A stretch of 64,000 bases of DNA from Eledone cirrhosa. Taxonomy: Eukaryota. Location of the stretch: NCBI GenBank assembly GCA_964016885.1, contig OZ024765.1:13454001-13518000 (forward strand). The letters are read 5' to 3'. The notes below the pieces were generated by a model that was not told the origin of the DNA, ran no database searches, and was given only the letters and a program-made list of their open reading frames with translations. The translations under genes and the position numbers were made by a program. This document shows positions 12,431-25,453 of the stretch, one piece after another. Position 1 is the first letter of the stretch; each line of letters starts with the position of its first letter.

Positions 12431-13325
12431 CTGAAAAGATGTTAGAGGGACTTAGCAGTGTGACAAACCAGAGATCGATAAAATAAGTATCAGAGATAAA
12501 ACAGATTACTGTAGTTGATATGATTGGTTAAATTAAAGTGATGCTGCAGCATGGTCACAATCTAATGGCTGAGACCAGTAAAAGAATAAATTGGGGCACT
12601 CTTTTTAAGGGTTTGATACGATCATATCAGCTCCCCCAGTACTTGTCTGGTACTTGTTTATCAATCTTTCTTTGTTGAACAGCTAAGTCATGGCGCATAA
12701 ACAGCATTGGTTGTAAAACAGGGTATACATATATATATACTTATACACACAGACACACACAAGATGTACACATACACACACACAGACAAGATGTACACAT
12801 ACACACACACAGACAAGATGTACACACACACACGCACACACACACAAACACACACATACAGACACCTATACACCTATTTGGAATGCCCACACACACACAC
12901 AGTGACACAAATATACATACACACATAAACATACATACACATGCATACACAGACACACACACATGCAGACATACACACACATAAACATACACACACACAT
13001 AAACATACATACACACACATAAACATACATACAGACACACACACACACACATATATACATACACACACAGAAACACAAACACACATATATACATACACAC
13101 ACACACACGCATATATATATACATACACACACACACACACACACACAGAAACATAGGCACACATATACATACACACATATATACATACACTCACAGAAAC
13201 ATACGCACACACAGAAACAAACACACACATATATACATACACATACACACACATACACAACCAAACACACAGAGCCTTACAAATTCTCTGCCCGTTGCTC
13301 TATAAATAGTCAAAGAAAACCTCAC

Positions 13326-13475
13326 CATTCTTCACAAATTGTCTCCCTTATAAGACTGCCATCGTTATAACCAACTTTGTTTATAATACAGGAAAATGGA
13401 CAAGCCTGAGTGATACAGTTCTTAGTCTCCTTCAGTTGATCCTCAGCACAATCAGAATTGTTATATATCAGCTTC
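13326..13475 (-). CDS. Exon: end of TSP1 + VWC-like start (KLIYNNSDCAEDQLKETKNCITQACPFSC...ICEEC)
   Basis: ttgtag acceptor, gtgag donor; 150 bp, phase 2-2, open frame. Confidence 0.9.
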
Positions 13476-13530
13476 CTACAATGACAGAAATAAAAATGGC
13501 GCTTAGAAAAGTAGTAGTAGTAGTAGTAGT

Positions 13531-13571
<41 letters not shown>

Positions 13572-13715
13572 CGTCTTAGTAGTAGTAGTAGTGGTGGTAG
13601 TAGTAGTAGTGGTAGTGGTAGTAATAGTAGTAGAAGCAGTAGTAGTAGTAGTAGTAATGGTAGTGGTAGTAGTAGTGGTAGTAGTAGTTATCTTAGCAGT
13701 AGTAGTAGTAGAAGC

Positions 13716-13754
<39 letters not shown>

Positions 13755-13757
13755 TAC

Positions 13758-13833
13758 CGGTATCTGTTCTGTTTACCAGCACCACATGTTTCACTGCAAG
13801 CTCCCCAACTTGTCCACTCAGAATACTGACAAC
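13758..13833 (-). CDS. Exon: first half of TSP1 repeat (CCQYSEWTSWGACSETCGAGKQNRYR)
   Basis: TSP1 motif; aag acceptor, gtaac donor; 76 bp, phase 1-2. Confidence 0.9.
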
Positions 13834-14796
13834 CTTTACAAAAGACAGATTAATTAAAGTCTTTATTACAACAATCTGTTCATCTGATTCCAGAGAGAGG
13901 CTCAATTCCAGAACGAGGCTTGATTCCAGAGCGAGGCTCGAATCCAGAGCGAGGCTCGATTCCAGAACGAGTCTTAAGTCAATTCAGAACATGGCTTAAT
14001 TTAGAAGGAGACTTAATTCAGAATGAGGCTTAATTCAGAATGAGGTCTAAGTTAATTCAGAACGAGGCTTAAGTTAATTCAGAATGAGGCTTAATTCAGA
14101 ATGAGGCTTAATTCAGAATGAGGCTTAATTATTGCCAATCTACAGCCCTTTATAAAATAATTGTTTATACTTTTGGCACAAGGCCAGCAACTACCCAGTG
14201 TATTACTGGTACTTTATTTTATCGACCCCGTAAGGATGAAAGGCAAAGTTAACCTCGGCAGGATTTGAACTCAGACCGTAAAGGGACGTAACTCTATGCT
14301 TCAAAGCATGGTGTCCGACTCTCTACCGATACTGCCAATCCACCGTCAGCCCTTTATAAAATAATTGTTTCTACTTTTGGCACAAGGCCAGCTATTACCC
14401 CAGTGTATTACTGGTACTTTATTTTATCGACCCCGTAAGGATGAAAGGCAAAGTTAACCTCGGCGGGATTTGAACTCAGAATGGCAAGGGCCGTAACTCA
14501 ATGCATCAAAGCATGGCGTCCGACCCTCTACCGATACTGCCATTGCACCGCCTTCATATCCCTTTATAAAATAATGATTTCTAATATATGCACAAGGCCA
14601 GCAATTTGGGCAGAGGGGAAAGTCGATTAAACCGACCCCAGTGCATTACTGGTACTTTGTTTTATTGACTGTGTAAGCATGAAAGGAAAAGCTAAACCCA
14701 ACAGGATTTAAACTCAAAACATAAAGGGCCATAACTCTATGCCACAGCGCAGGTTATCTGATGCTCTCCCGATTACTGCCAACCCACTGCTCTACA

Positions 14797-15309
14797 TCTA
14801 TATATATAAAGTTGTATTCCTGCCTGTTTGTTTGTTTGTTCATAAACTCCTCCTATAGTTTTGGAGATAGACCCCCCCCCCCCCTTACCCCATAACGATA
14901 TATATTCTGAAACTACATTGCCCAGGGTACTTGGATAAGTATATTTCATTTTAATCAAAGAGTTCCCCGGGGTCACAAACCCTCACTGAAAATGTTTTCC
15001 CTTTGATTTATATGAAATTTAAACCATAGGCAAATGACAAGATATGATGCCTATTCACAAAAGTTTTGAACTGATATTTTGAAAAAAATTATCTACAAGA
15101 AACAAAATAAGAACAAGATTTAATAATGTAATTTTGATTTGATATATTATAAAGAATAATATTTTCCAATTTTTCATGCATTACATTTTACATTGAGTAA
15201 TATTGAAATGCAGAGTTTTTCTCCATAAATTATATCACTAATTTAAAATCAATCATCATTTTCTTACAAAAAAATGTGTGAAACGCAGAAGGGCGGGTAA
15301 TTCGGCTAG
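14797..15309 (+). mobile_element. Non-autonomous Helitron
   Basis: A|TCTATATATATAAA 5' end, (GTTT)n subterminal tract, GC-rich subterminal motif and CTAG|T 3' end, no TSD. Confidence 0.7.
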
Positions 15310-15346
15310 TAGGTTAATATAATAGCAAAATTTAGTATATACTTAC

Positions 15347-15393
15347 AATCTTTTAAGACCTTTTCACAATAAATTTTTCCCATTTTACAGATA
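15347..15393 (-). CDS. Exon: CICKMGKIYCEKVLKD (VWC-like)
   Basis: gacag acceptor, gtaagt donor; 47 bp, phase 2-1; missed by the ORF track. Confidence 0.88.
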
Positions 15394-15543
15394 CTGTCAA
15401 CAGAAAAACAACAAATAGAAGCCATTAGAAATATTTATCATCAAAATTGTATTAACGGTTTCTTTACTGTTAATTACTCAACAAAATCTGGGCTAGGAAA
15501 AGGTTCCCTTTCAAAACAAAAACTATAATTCTGCAAGTAAGTA

Positions 15544-15693
15544 CTGTATTTCCCGGTACTGAAGACACTTTGTCCTCGAGGACGCAAAAATTTGAACAAA
15601 AATAATAAACAACCTTCGGCTTCCAGGACACATGGTAGATTTTTGAGACTTATTTTAGGAACAAAGTAGCGTCTTCAATGCCAGGAAATACGG
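15544..15693. mobile_element. ~150-bp MITE
   Basis: Imperfect TIRs CTGTATTTCCCGGTACTGAAGAC / GTCTTCAATGCCAGGAAATACGG. Confidence 0.6.
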
Positions 15694-15720
15694 TGTGTTT
15701 TGAAATAGCGAGCGAGTTTC

Positions 15721-16270
15721 AAATTAGAAATAGAAGCTTTCGCCGTATTTTTTTGACTAAAGAAATTTTAGCCTGATAGTGGGGTTTAGAACCCTCTAAG
15801 ATATGGAAAAATTTCTTTAGTAAAAAAAAATGGCGAAAGCCTCTATTTCTAATTTCTAATTCTACAACTCTTATCTAGTACGTCAATACTCATCTTTTTT
15901 CCATATCTTAGAGGGTTCTAAACCCCACTATCAGGCTAAAATTTCTTTAGTCAAAAAAATATGGCGAAAGCCTCTATTTCTAATTTCTAATTCTACAACT
16001 CTTATCTAGTACGTCAATACTCATCTTTTTTCCCTATCTTAGAGGGTTCTAAACCCCACTATCAGGCTAAAATTTCTTTAGTCAAAAAAATATGGCGAAA
16101 GCCTCTATTTCTAATTTCTAATTCTACAACTCTTATCTAGTACGTCAATACTCATCTTTTTTCCCTATCTTAGAGGGTTCTAAACCCCACTATCAGGCTA
16201 AAATTTCTTTAGTCAAAAAAATACGGCAAAAGCTTCTATTTCTAATTTCTAATTCTACAATTCTTATCTA
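15721..16270. repeat. 131-bp tandem repeat (~3.5 copies) preceded by an inverted partial copy
   Basis: GAGGGTTC at 15911, 16042, 16173; 15721-15810 is reverse complementary to the unit. Confidence 0.9.
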
Positions 16271-16794
16271 ATCTCTTCTGTATGGTTGTGAGACAAATGA
16301 ACTCAAAAACAGCCAAGAGAGAATGCTTGAAGCTTTTCACTCCAAACACCTGAGGGAAAATATCCTTGGTGTCAAATGGAACGACGTTACCTATATATAA
16401 ATTTCTGCGATTCTGGCACAACACGTAAAGAGAGAGGAGTAGTTTGACTACCTCATACTACTCCTCTCTTTTTACATCTGCTACCTGCATGAATGTATGT
16501 GTGTGTAAAAGGAAGGAAGGGGTGGTGAAATGCTATGTGTGCATGAGAATGTATACGTGTGTGTTTGTGTTGCCCATAAAATCACTGAACAGATTTTATG
16601 GGCAAAACCAACAGGTAGGAGACCCAGGGGTCGACCCCGAGTAAGATGGTTGGATAACATCCATGAACTTTGCTGGTCTCGCTTGGGGGATCCAGCCAGA
16701 TTAATTGGAGACGGTTGCTCCTGACAGGTCCTGCTGGAGGGAGTGTTTGAGGACTCTGCCCCCATTATGCTCTCAGGAATAAGCGGACAAATAA

Positions 16795-17390
16795 TAATTG
16801 TTTCTACGTTAGGCACAAGGCCAGCTATTACCCCAGTGTATTACTGGTACTTTATTTTATCGACCCCCGTAAGGATGAAAGGCAAAGTTAACCTCGGCAG
16901 GATTTGAACTCAGACCGTAAAGGGACGTAACTCTATGCTTCAAAGCATGGTGTCCGACTCTCTACCGATACTGCCAATCCACCGTCAGCCCTTTATAGAA
17001 TAATTGTTTCTACTTTTGGCACAAGGCCAGCTATTACCCCAGTGTATTACTGGTACTTTATTTTATCGACCCCCGTAAGGATGAAAGGCAAAGTTAACCT
17101 CGGCGGGATTTTAACTCAGAATGGCAAGGGCCGTAACTCTATGCGCCAAAGCATGGCATCCGACCCTCTACCAATACTGCCAATCCACCGCCTATTGGAC
17201 AAATAATTGTTTCTACTTTAGGCACAAGGCCAGCAATTATCCCAGTGCATTACTGGTACTTTATTTTATCGACCCCGTATGGATGAAAGGCAAAGTCAAC
17301 CTCGGCGGGATTTGAACTCAGATCGTAAAGGGACGTAACTATGCTGGAAAGCATGGCGTCCGACCCTCTACCGATACTGCCAATCCAAAG
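16795..17390 (-). mobile_element. Three head-to-tail SINE family 1 copies
   Basis: Three consecutive ~200-bp copies; a similar trio lies at 14160-14790. Confidence 0.8.
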
Positions 17391-17466
17391 AAGAAGAAGA
17401 CAAAGAAGAAGAAGAAGAAGAAGAAGAAGAAGAAGAAGAAGAAGAAATAAAGAAAAGCTTCCATAC

Positions 17467-17719
17467 CATTTCTCACATGTTGGTGAAGTGTTGGTCTCAA
17501 AATTATTCAGGACAACATTCCCTTCAGAATCGTAACAAGGACATTGCGAGGTTCTGATACAAGAGTCAAGGTACATCACATGACCTTCAGCACAGGAACA
17601 CCCTGGCAAACATGCATCATCTTCGTTGCACGAATGGTTTTTAAGCTGGTAAGACATGCAGGTTTGTTCACATTTCGTTGCGCAATGTGTCCAGACCATT
17701 GGGTGGATACACTCTGTAT
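17467..17719 (-). CDS. Exon: TIL domain + start of VWC-like module (CIHPMVWTHCATKCEQTC...CLPGCSCAEG...CIRTSQCPC)
   Basis: 10-Cys TIL pattern followed by CPC; ctgcag acceptor, gtatg donor; 253 bp, phase 1-2. Confidence 0.93.
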
Positions 17720-18081
17720 CTGCAGGAAGATACAGATATATATATATGCAAAAGTTTTATTTAAAATTGTTGGGTTACAACGAGTAAATATTTTATAACT
17801 GATATAAAGCACTCAACAAGTTTTGGAATAGATATACGATATTAAACAAATGGAAACTATATTTATAAAACCATATTTATTTCATTATACATATTTCAGG
17901 GATACCATATTAAAAATATGGCATGCCTTCTTCAGATAAAATACAATATATAAGCAGTTTTATAAATAAATTTGACGTACCATAAATATTGTTCAACTTC
18001 CATTTGAGAAGTTGGTTTCAAATGGAAGTTGAACAATATTTATGGTACGTCAAATTTATTTATAAAACTGCTTATATATTG

Positions 18082-18147
18082 TATTTTATCTGAAGAAGGC
18101 ATGCCATATTCTTAATATGGTATCCCTGAAATATGTATAATGAAATA
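18082..18147 (+). ncRNA. Minimal type I hammerhead, family A (mirror copy on - strand at 17878-17943)
   Basis: TATTTTAT-CTGAAGA-AGG..GCCATATT/AATATGGT..CCT-GAAA-TATGTA-TA-ATGAAATA. Confidence 0.75.
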
Positions 18148-18248
18148 AATATGGTTTTATAAATATAGTTTCCATTTGTTTAATATCGTATATATATATA
18201 TATATATGTGGTTTTTAAAATCCAACGTCAATAAATACGCCAGGATTT

Positions 18249-18309
18249 TTTCATTCTGATGATTGAAAGCACCATTTTTTTGCTCTTAAGAAACCACTGG
18301 TAAATGAAA
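18249..18309 (+). ncRNA. Minimal type I hammerhead
   Basis: TTTCATT-CTGATGA-TTG..AGCA/TGCT..TAA-GAAA-CCACTGG-TA-AATGAAA (7-bp stem I). Confidence 0.7.
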
Positions 18310-18757
18310 TAATTGCCTTATGTTGTTTATTACATAACTATATATATATATATATAAATTAATAAAAACAATGAATAAAAACAAAGAAACAGTTCCTTAA
18401 ATTAAAAAATTCATCATTTTACGATCGTTTCTAGGATATATATGTGTGTGTTGGTATGTATATATATGTATATGATATACATATATACATATGATATACA
18501 TATGTATGTATGTATATGATATACATACCAACACACACATATATATCCTAGAAACGATCGTAAAATGATGAATTTTTTAATTTAAGGAACTGTTTCTTTG
18601 TTTTTATTCATTGTTTTTATTAATTTATCTTGACTCTGTTTTCCTGTGATTTTCATCGAAAAAATTTTTGAATACATCTTCTCTTTTCATGATATTTGGA
18701 TTACATTGAGTTCTTCATACGGATTGGACACTACTGTATATTTTTGGTAGATTTATC

Positions 18758-18811
<54 letters not shown>

Positions 18812-18940
18812 AAAAAGAACACAAGAGCGTCTACAACATCAAAAGATTTTTATTGGCTTACAATGTTTCTTCCTTACGTAACCGTTCTCTTTGTTCTTGA
18901 ATGTTTGGTTGGTAGAGTCCATAACACCAATCAAACCCCT

Positions 18941-18999
18941 TTTATAGCTCTGACGAATCCTACGGTTACGTAGGGAAGAAACATTGTAAGCCAATAAAA
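18941..18999 (+). ncRNA. Minimal hammerhead-like motif (related copy on - strand at ~40720-40770)
   Basis: AGCT-CTGACGA-ATCCTACG-GTTA-CGTAGGGAA-GAAA-CATTG-TA-AGC; base of stem II is mismatched. Confidence 0.55.
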
Positions 19000-19496
19000 A
19001 TCTTTTGATGTTGTAGACGCTCTTGTGTTCTTTTTCATATATACGGCTCTGCTTCAAAGCATAGAGCTAATTATTATGCTGCCAATACCTTAATGGGACA
19101 CGGGTATACAATACCTAACTCCTATTAACCTAAGTATTTATATATATATATATGTATCAGAGATATTTAATTTGTTGGAAATCCAACAAATATAGATGTT
19201 TACAACTGATTCAGAGCACTCGACAGATTTCTGGAGTAAGTATTCAATTGATATTAAATAAATGGAAACTATATTTATAAAACCATATTTATTCTGTTAT
19301 ATATATTTCAAGGGTACCAAAAATTTTGGTACGCTATCATCAGATAAAATACAAAGTGTGTTTTATAAATATTTGACATGACCAAGGATGATATACCTTA
19401 AAGGTTGAAGTTATCCCTGGAAAGACTTTCCAGGGATAACTTGAACCGGTAAGGTATATCATCCTTGGTCATGTCAAATATTTATAAAACATTTTG

Positions 19497-19558
19497 TATT
19501 TTATCTGATGATAGTGTACCAAAATTTTTGGTACCCTTGAAATATATATAATAGAATA
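19497..19558 (+). ncRNA. Minimal type I hammerhead, family A (mirror copy on - strand at ~19290-19351)
   Basis: TATTTTAT-CTGATGA-..GTACCAAA/TTTGGTAC..-GAAA-TATATA-TA-ATAGAATA. Confidence 0.7.
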
Positions 19559-19692
19559 AATATGGTTTTATAAATATAGTTTCCATTTATTTAATATCAA
19601 TTGTATATATATATATTACCCACTCTACTACCCTAAGTATTGAGTACTTTGGTGCGTTATGGTCCACCTGGTTCCTTACCACTTTTCATTCG

Positions 19693-19731
<39 letters not shown>

Positions 19732-20490
19732 CTTGTCATGCAAGCTTTGAACAATGGACATAAAATGAGAAGAAAAATGATAATATTGATGATGATGATG
19801 ATGATGATGATGTGTGAAAGCAATAAACACCAACCTACCACCAGTACATAACTGGTACCACCACCACCACCACCATCAATCATCACTGTAAAGACTGTAT
19901 ATAAAAAGCTGAACTTCCAATAAAAAAAAAAACATGTTTGTGTATATATTAAATTTATAAATTCAAATTTATATCATCATCATCATCATCATCGTTTAAC
20001 TTCTATCTTCCACACTAGCATGGGTTAGACCAGGTTGGGTGATCTTGTCTTGCTCATATGGAAACTGATATATATACCACTATCACCATCACCATCACAA
20101 CAACCACAACAACAACAACACCATCAACCCCCACTCCCCACCCCCTCCACCATCACCACAACCACTACAGCAACAACCACAACAACAACAATACCATCAC
20201 CAACACCACCACTACCACTACAACCAACCCCACAACAACTACAACAACAACACCACACCCCCCACCATCAACACAACCAACACCATCACCACCACTACCA
20301 CTACCACTACAACCACCCCCACAACAACTACAACAACAACAACCACAACAACCACAACACCACACCCCCCACCATCAACACAACCAACACCATCACCACT
20401 ACTACCACTACAACCACCCCCACAACAACAACCACAACAACAACAACGTCACATATAACGAAAATATGAAAATCATATTTTTCTACTTAC

Positions 20491-20685
20491 AAGTTTCACA
20501 AGTTTCTTCATCGTAGTTGGCCGGCATGCAGGACTGGAATTCGATCCTGTGACCCTTACAGGTCAGTAGGGGTTCGTCCATGTTGGTCTTGCATGACCGC
20601 TCCCTCTGTCTCAGGCCAGACGTACAGTTGTCATAGGAGGAACACGGGGACCAGCTCTGCCAGGAGTTGAATGTCACTATGGTAG
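20491..20685 (-). CDS. Exon: TSP1 repeat (FNSWQSWSPCSSYDNCTSGLRQRERSC...)
   Basis: TSP1 motif; ttccag acceptor, gtaagt donor; 195 bp, phase 1-1. Confidence 0.92.
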
Positions 20686-21480
20686 CTGGAAATAGGGATT
20701 GGAGACAGATCTAGTTAACCTGATGGACGGGCGGGTGGAGGTTGGGGTGGATCGAGGGAGGAATAGGGACTGGAGATAGATGGTGGATGGATGGATGGAT
20801 GGAAAGGGATGGCCACAATCCTAACCCTACAATAATTACTGTGTAGATTAGACTGTGTATCAATAGACTGTTTACATCAATATAATCAACTAACACGCCT
20901 TCAAAGCAATGCTCCAGTATGGCCGCTAAAATACCTTTCAAAGTGGTGCCCCAGCATGGCCACAATCCTAACCCCACAATAATTACTGTGTAGATTAGAC
21001 TGTGTATCTTTACATCAATATAATCAACTAACACGCCTTCAAAGCAATGCTCCAGTATGGCCGCTAAAATACCCTTCAAAGTGGTGCCCCAGTATGGCCA
21101 CAATCCTAACCCCACAATAATTACTGTGTAGATTAGACTATGTTATATAGAATTTTAGTCAATCATATAGAGGGTTATAAGATTGACTAAAACCCCTTGA
21201 AAGTGGTGCCACAGTATGGCCACAGTCTTATCCCTATGATAATTACTGTGTGTAGATTTATAATTGTGAGGTTGCGAGTTCATCCCCCAGGCCAAGCGAT
21301 GCCTTATGTCCTTGAGCAAGACACTTTATTTCACATTGCTCTTTCTACCAGGAGTTGCGACTGGTAGATAGAATTAGCAATGGAAAAGACCAATGGAAAC
21401 ATTGTTTCCTTGGTCCGATTTGATGAGTTCCACCCCACTCAGTAAGCGAGTGAGGTCTGGGATCTTGTCAACCATCTTAA

Positions 21481-21844
21481 CCCTTTACCATTTACATTAC
21501 TCTATATTTACTATTGTATTTTCACAGTAAAGGCTTTACCTCACATAATATCTCACATAACATTTACATTACTCTATATTTACTATTGTATTTTCATGGT
21601 AAAGGCTTTACCTCACATAATATCTCACATAACATTTACATTACTCTATATATACTATTGTATTTTCGCAGTAAATACTTTATTTCACATAATATCTCAC
21701 ATAACATTTAATCTATGAGGGTTTAATATTATTTATTTTGCGAATAATACCTTAACATAAGTATGAGCAGCTGGTTACGGCCGGTTTGAATAAAATGAGG
21801 TCAGAGAATTCTAGCTGGATATGGCTGGTTTAAATGCTAAAGGG
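21481..21844 (+). mobile_element. piggyBac-like MITE
   Basis: TTAA|CCCTTTA...TAAAGGG|TTAA; internal ~68-bp unit x3. Confidence 0.75.
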
Positions 21845-21876
21845 TTAAAGAAGAAGAAGATTAGATAAAGTGTTAC

Positions 21877-22035
21877 CTGAGCAAGGTATTGAGTCACAGT
21901 CTTCCTTCTCTTGTGTGGCTTGGTCACATTTTTTGTCACCCTTCCCTGAATACTTCTTCCTTGTCCGAAGCCGGAAACCATTATCACAAGACTTGGAACA
22001 TTCTCCCCACTTATTCCACTCACTGTACGCACAAC
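21877..22035 (-). CDS. Exon: thrombospondin type-1 repeat (CAYSEWNKWGECSKSCDNGFRLRTR...CDSIPC)
   Basis: WxxWxxCSxSC + RxR motif; ag/gt boundaries; 159 bp, phase 1-1. Confidence 0.93.
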
Positions 22036-22573
22036 CTGACAGAAGAAGACAAACACTGTGGTTAAAAAATATAAACTTTTCTGGAACACTTTTATCCTTC
22101 CTCATCACATGACCCAACCATCTCATTCCAGTTCTCTTCATAACACATTCACCCTTCCTCAACACATGACCCAACTGCTTCCTTCAATTTCTCTTCACAA
22201 CATTTATCACTGGCTCTATTCCCATCATTCCTCTCTCACCCAGTCACTTTCATCCTTCCTCCACACATGATCTAACCATCTCATTTAATTTCTCGTCAGA
22301 ACGTTCCTTCATGGGTTATGTGTTGAGGAAGGATGAAAGTGACTAGGTGAGTGAAATAGGGCTTCCATCCTTCCTCAACACATGACCCAACCATCTCATT
22401 CCTTTTCTCTTCACAACATTCATCACAGGTTCTATTCTCAATCTTCTCCCTTACCCCCTCACTTCCATCCTTCCTCAGCACATAACCCAGCCATCTCATC
22501 TTTCATTAGAAATACAGCAATAAATAGGGATAATGCTGTTGAAGTTTAGCAGAGAGAAGATCCCCTTAGTTAC

Positions 22574-22620
22574 CTTCACAGGTGTTGGTGGTGCAGACCA
22601 ACTCTCCATCCTTACAAGTG
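22574..22620 (-). CDS. Exon: CTCKDGELVCTTNTCE (VWC/pacifastin-like C-x-C..G.L.C motif)
   Basis: ttcttcag acceptor, gtaac donor; 47 bp, phase 2-1. Confidence 0.9.
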
Positions 22621-22987
22621 CTGAAGAAAAAGAAGAAACAAAAAATACATTTGAGAAAGCAAAAAAAATATAAACAAAATCATCAAAAGTTTTAAACTTT
22701 CTGAAGAAGTGTGAAAAATAATTATGTATTGCATATGATTGAACAACATATATTGTAGTCAGCATATGTTGACAGTTATAATAGACACGGAAACATATGT
22801 TAAAGCCAATAAATTCTTACTCTCCTTTCTTGCTGAAGTCTATATTTTTCTTGGTGCAATACTTGCTTATAGTTTATATATATCATCATCATCGTTTAAT
22901 GTCTATCTTCCCCGCTAGCATGGGTTCGACAGGTTTGTCCCATTTGAGGCAAGTTTGGTCGGGTGACTGTGTCTCGCTCATATATAG

Positions 22988-23041
<54 letters not shown>

Positions 23042-23253
23042 CATCTTACATACTGAAAATTGCAGTAATTCAATAAAATACACCCAGTACACTCTGTAAA
23101 GTGATGATGATGATGATGATGATGCTGATGATGATGTGATGGTGACAATGTCGATGATGACGGTGGTGATGATGATGATGATGATGACAACAATCATGAT
23201 AATGCTGATGATGATGATGATGGCAATGATGATGATGATAATGATGATGATAG

Positions 23254-23291
<38 letters not shown>

Positions 23292-23396
23292 TTAGTGATG
23301 ATGGTGGTGGTGGTGATGATGATGGCGTTGATGGTGATGACGATGATGATGGTGATGGTGATGGTGATGATGATGGTGGTGATGATGGTGGTGGTG

Positions 23397-23428
<32 letters not shown>

Positions 23429-23467
23429 GATGATGATTATGATGAAAATATATATACCGAATCTTAC

Positions 23468-23639
23468 CAATTATTACATCCAATATCAAACATTACCATG
23501 TTTTCTATGATGTCCCCTAATTTCACAACTTCGTCATCATTACTTGCGTCATCTTTACCATCTTTCTCAATGTGCCCCAATATATTACCGGGTGTAAAAC
23601 CAGCATGTTTCTGTATTGCACTCACAGTCAATTGGCATT
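23468..23639 (-). CDS. Exon: [14 protein letters not shown]...FDIGCNNC, start of a VWC-like module
   Basis: ctttcag acceptor, gtaag donor; 172 bp, phase 1-2; the split Cys codon is completed by the next exon. Confidence 0.85.
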
Positions 23640-24013
23640 CTGAAAGTAGAGAAATGTATATACCAAAATTATATAAATTATATATATATACATATATATA
23701 TGTGTGTATGTATTTATGTATGTATATATATACATATATATACATATATATATATATATACATACATATATATATATATATATATACATATATGTGTGTG
23801 TATGTGTATGTATTTATGTATGTATATATATACATATATATACATATATATATATACATATATATATATATGTATATATATTTATATATGTGTGTATGTA
23901 TTTATGTATGTATATATATATACATATATATATATATACATATATATATGTATATATATTTATATATGTGTGTATGTATTTATGTATATATATATACATA
24001 TATATATATATAC

Positions 24014-24078
<65 letters not shown>

Positions 24079-24099
24079 AAGAAGAAATTAAAAGATGCT

Positions 24100-24163
24100 T
24101 TTTATTATGCGCATTTCGAAAACAACATCATCCTGGGACAAATTGTGTTCTCATCAGATAAAA
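24100..24163 (-). ncRNA. Minimal type I hammerhead, canonical core
   Basis: TTTTAT-CTGATGA-GAA../..TTC-GAAA-T-GCGC-A-TA-ATAAAA; palindromic GCGC loop III. Confidence 0.75.
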
Positions 24164-24313
24164 TAAGGTAACATGATATGAGGCCTAAAAACACTTGTCA
24201 ACTGGAAAGTGCACCTATATGTAAGTTTTGCACTTTCCTGTTGACAAGTTGAGTGCTACTTATCTGATATATGCATAGTTTTATTGTTCTGCAATATTAC
24301 TCACCTTCTACAT

Positions 24314-24377
<64 letters not shown>

Positions 24378-24442
24378 TATGTATGACAAATGAAATTTCA
24401 TTTTTTCCATTTATATATATATTTATATATACATATATATAT

Positions 24443-24498
<56 letters not shown>

Positions 24499-24727
24499 AA
24501 TGTAATCTGAGTTTTTCGAATATTTATAATAACATTCGATTTGATTGCAATTATGCAAAGAAGCCTCAATTTTATAGCCATGTCAGTTCTGTTCACATGG
24601 CAACACAAGAGCAAGAATGACATGGCTATAAAACTGAGGCTTGTTTGCATAATTGCAAACGAATTGAATGTTATTATAAATATTCGGAAAACTCAGATTA
24701 CATTTATTGTATTCAGCCATGTAGACC

Positions 24728-24784
<57 letters not shown>

Positions 24785-24912
24785 GTCGAGCCCCACGTGG
24801 GTATCGGTAACGGTCATTCCTTTGCCTGGCACTTGAACTAAAACCTGTTGAGAAAGTGACTTCCTTGTTCAATCATCTTACCAGAAGCCTAACATTATTT
24901 GTCTAAGCAGAA

Positions 24913-25097
24913 GGGCGGTGGATTGGCAGTATCGGTGGAGGGTTGGACACCATGCTTTCCAGCATAGTTACGTCCCTTTACGATCTGAGTTCAAATCCCG
25001 CCGAGGTTGACTTTGCCTTTCATCCTTACGGGGTCGATAAAATAAAGTACCAGTAATGCACTGGGTAATTGCTGGCCTTGTGCCTAAAGTAGAAACA
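24913..25097 (+). mobile_element. SINE family 1 (Meta-domain-like core GACTTTGCCTTTCATCCTT) with target-site duplication
   Basis: ATTATTTGTCTAAGCAGA at 24894-24911 and 25098-25115; other copies at ~1926, 5584, 7783 (+) and 14160-14790, 16795-17390, 46655-46870, 52760-52948 (-). Confidence 0.85.
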
Positions 25098-25398
25098 ATT
25101 ATTTGTCTAAGCAGAGAGTACTTGATTTAGGAGTCGCAGAAACCCAAATGCTGGATTTTACCAACCATCCAGGGGTCCGGGTAAATTTTTTCAATCACAT
25201 TTTTTCATATTTGTTTGACCCGAATTACTTGGTCGTTTCTATGGCTGTGTGGATGACGGTTTAACCATTGTCTCAGTGTGTTTGGCCTTTTAACGTATGT
25301 TGTAGCTCTGGTTCGTCAGAATTATTGAGCGCTTGCCACACATCTCGGAAGTTGTTTTTCGCTAATTCCAAAGCCGAAATACGATTCTCGCTAATTTA

Positions 25399-25453
<55 letters not shown>

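Noticed and set aside
24306-24308. tag-AAG-gtgagt 3-nt microexon
   Set aside because: There is no pyrimidine tract (preceded by a TA repeat); likely a chance match.
25222-25325. Possible minus-strand hammerhead (CTGACGA...GAAAC...GTA)
   Set aside because: Stems I and II do not pair convincingly.
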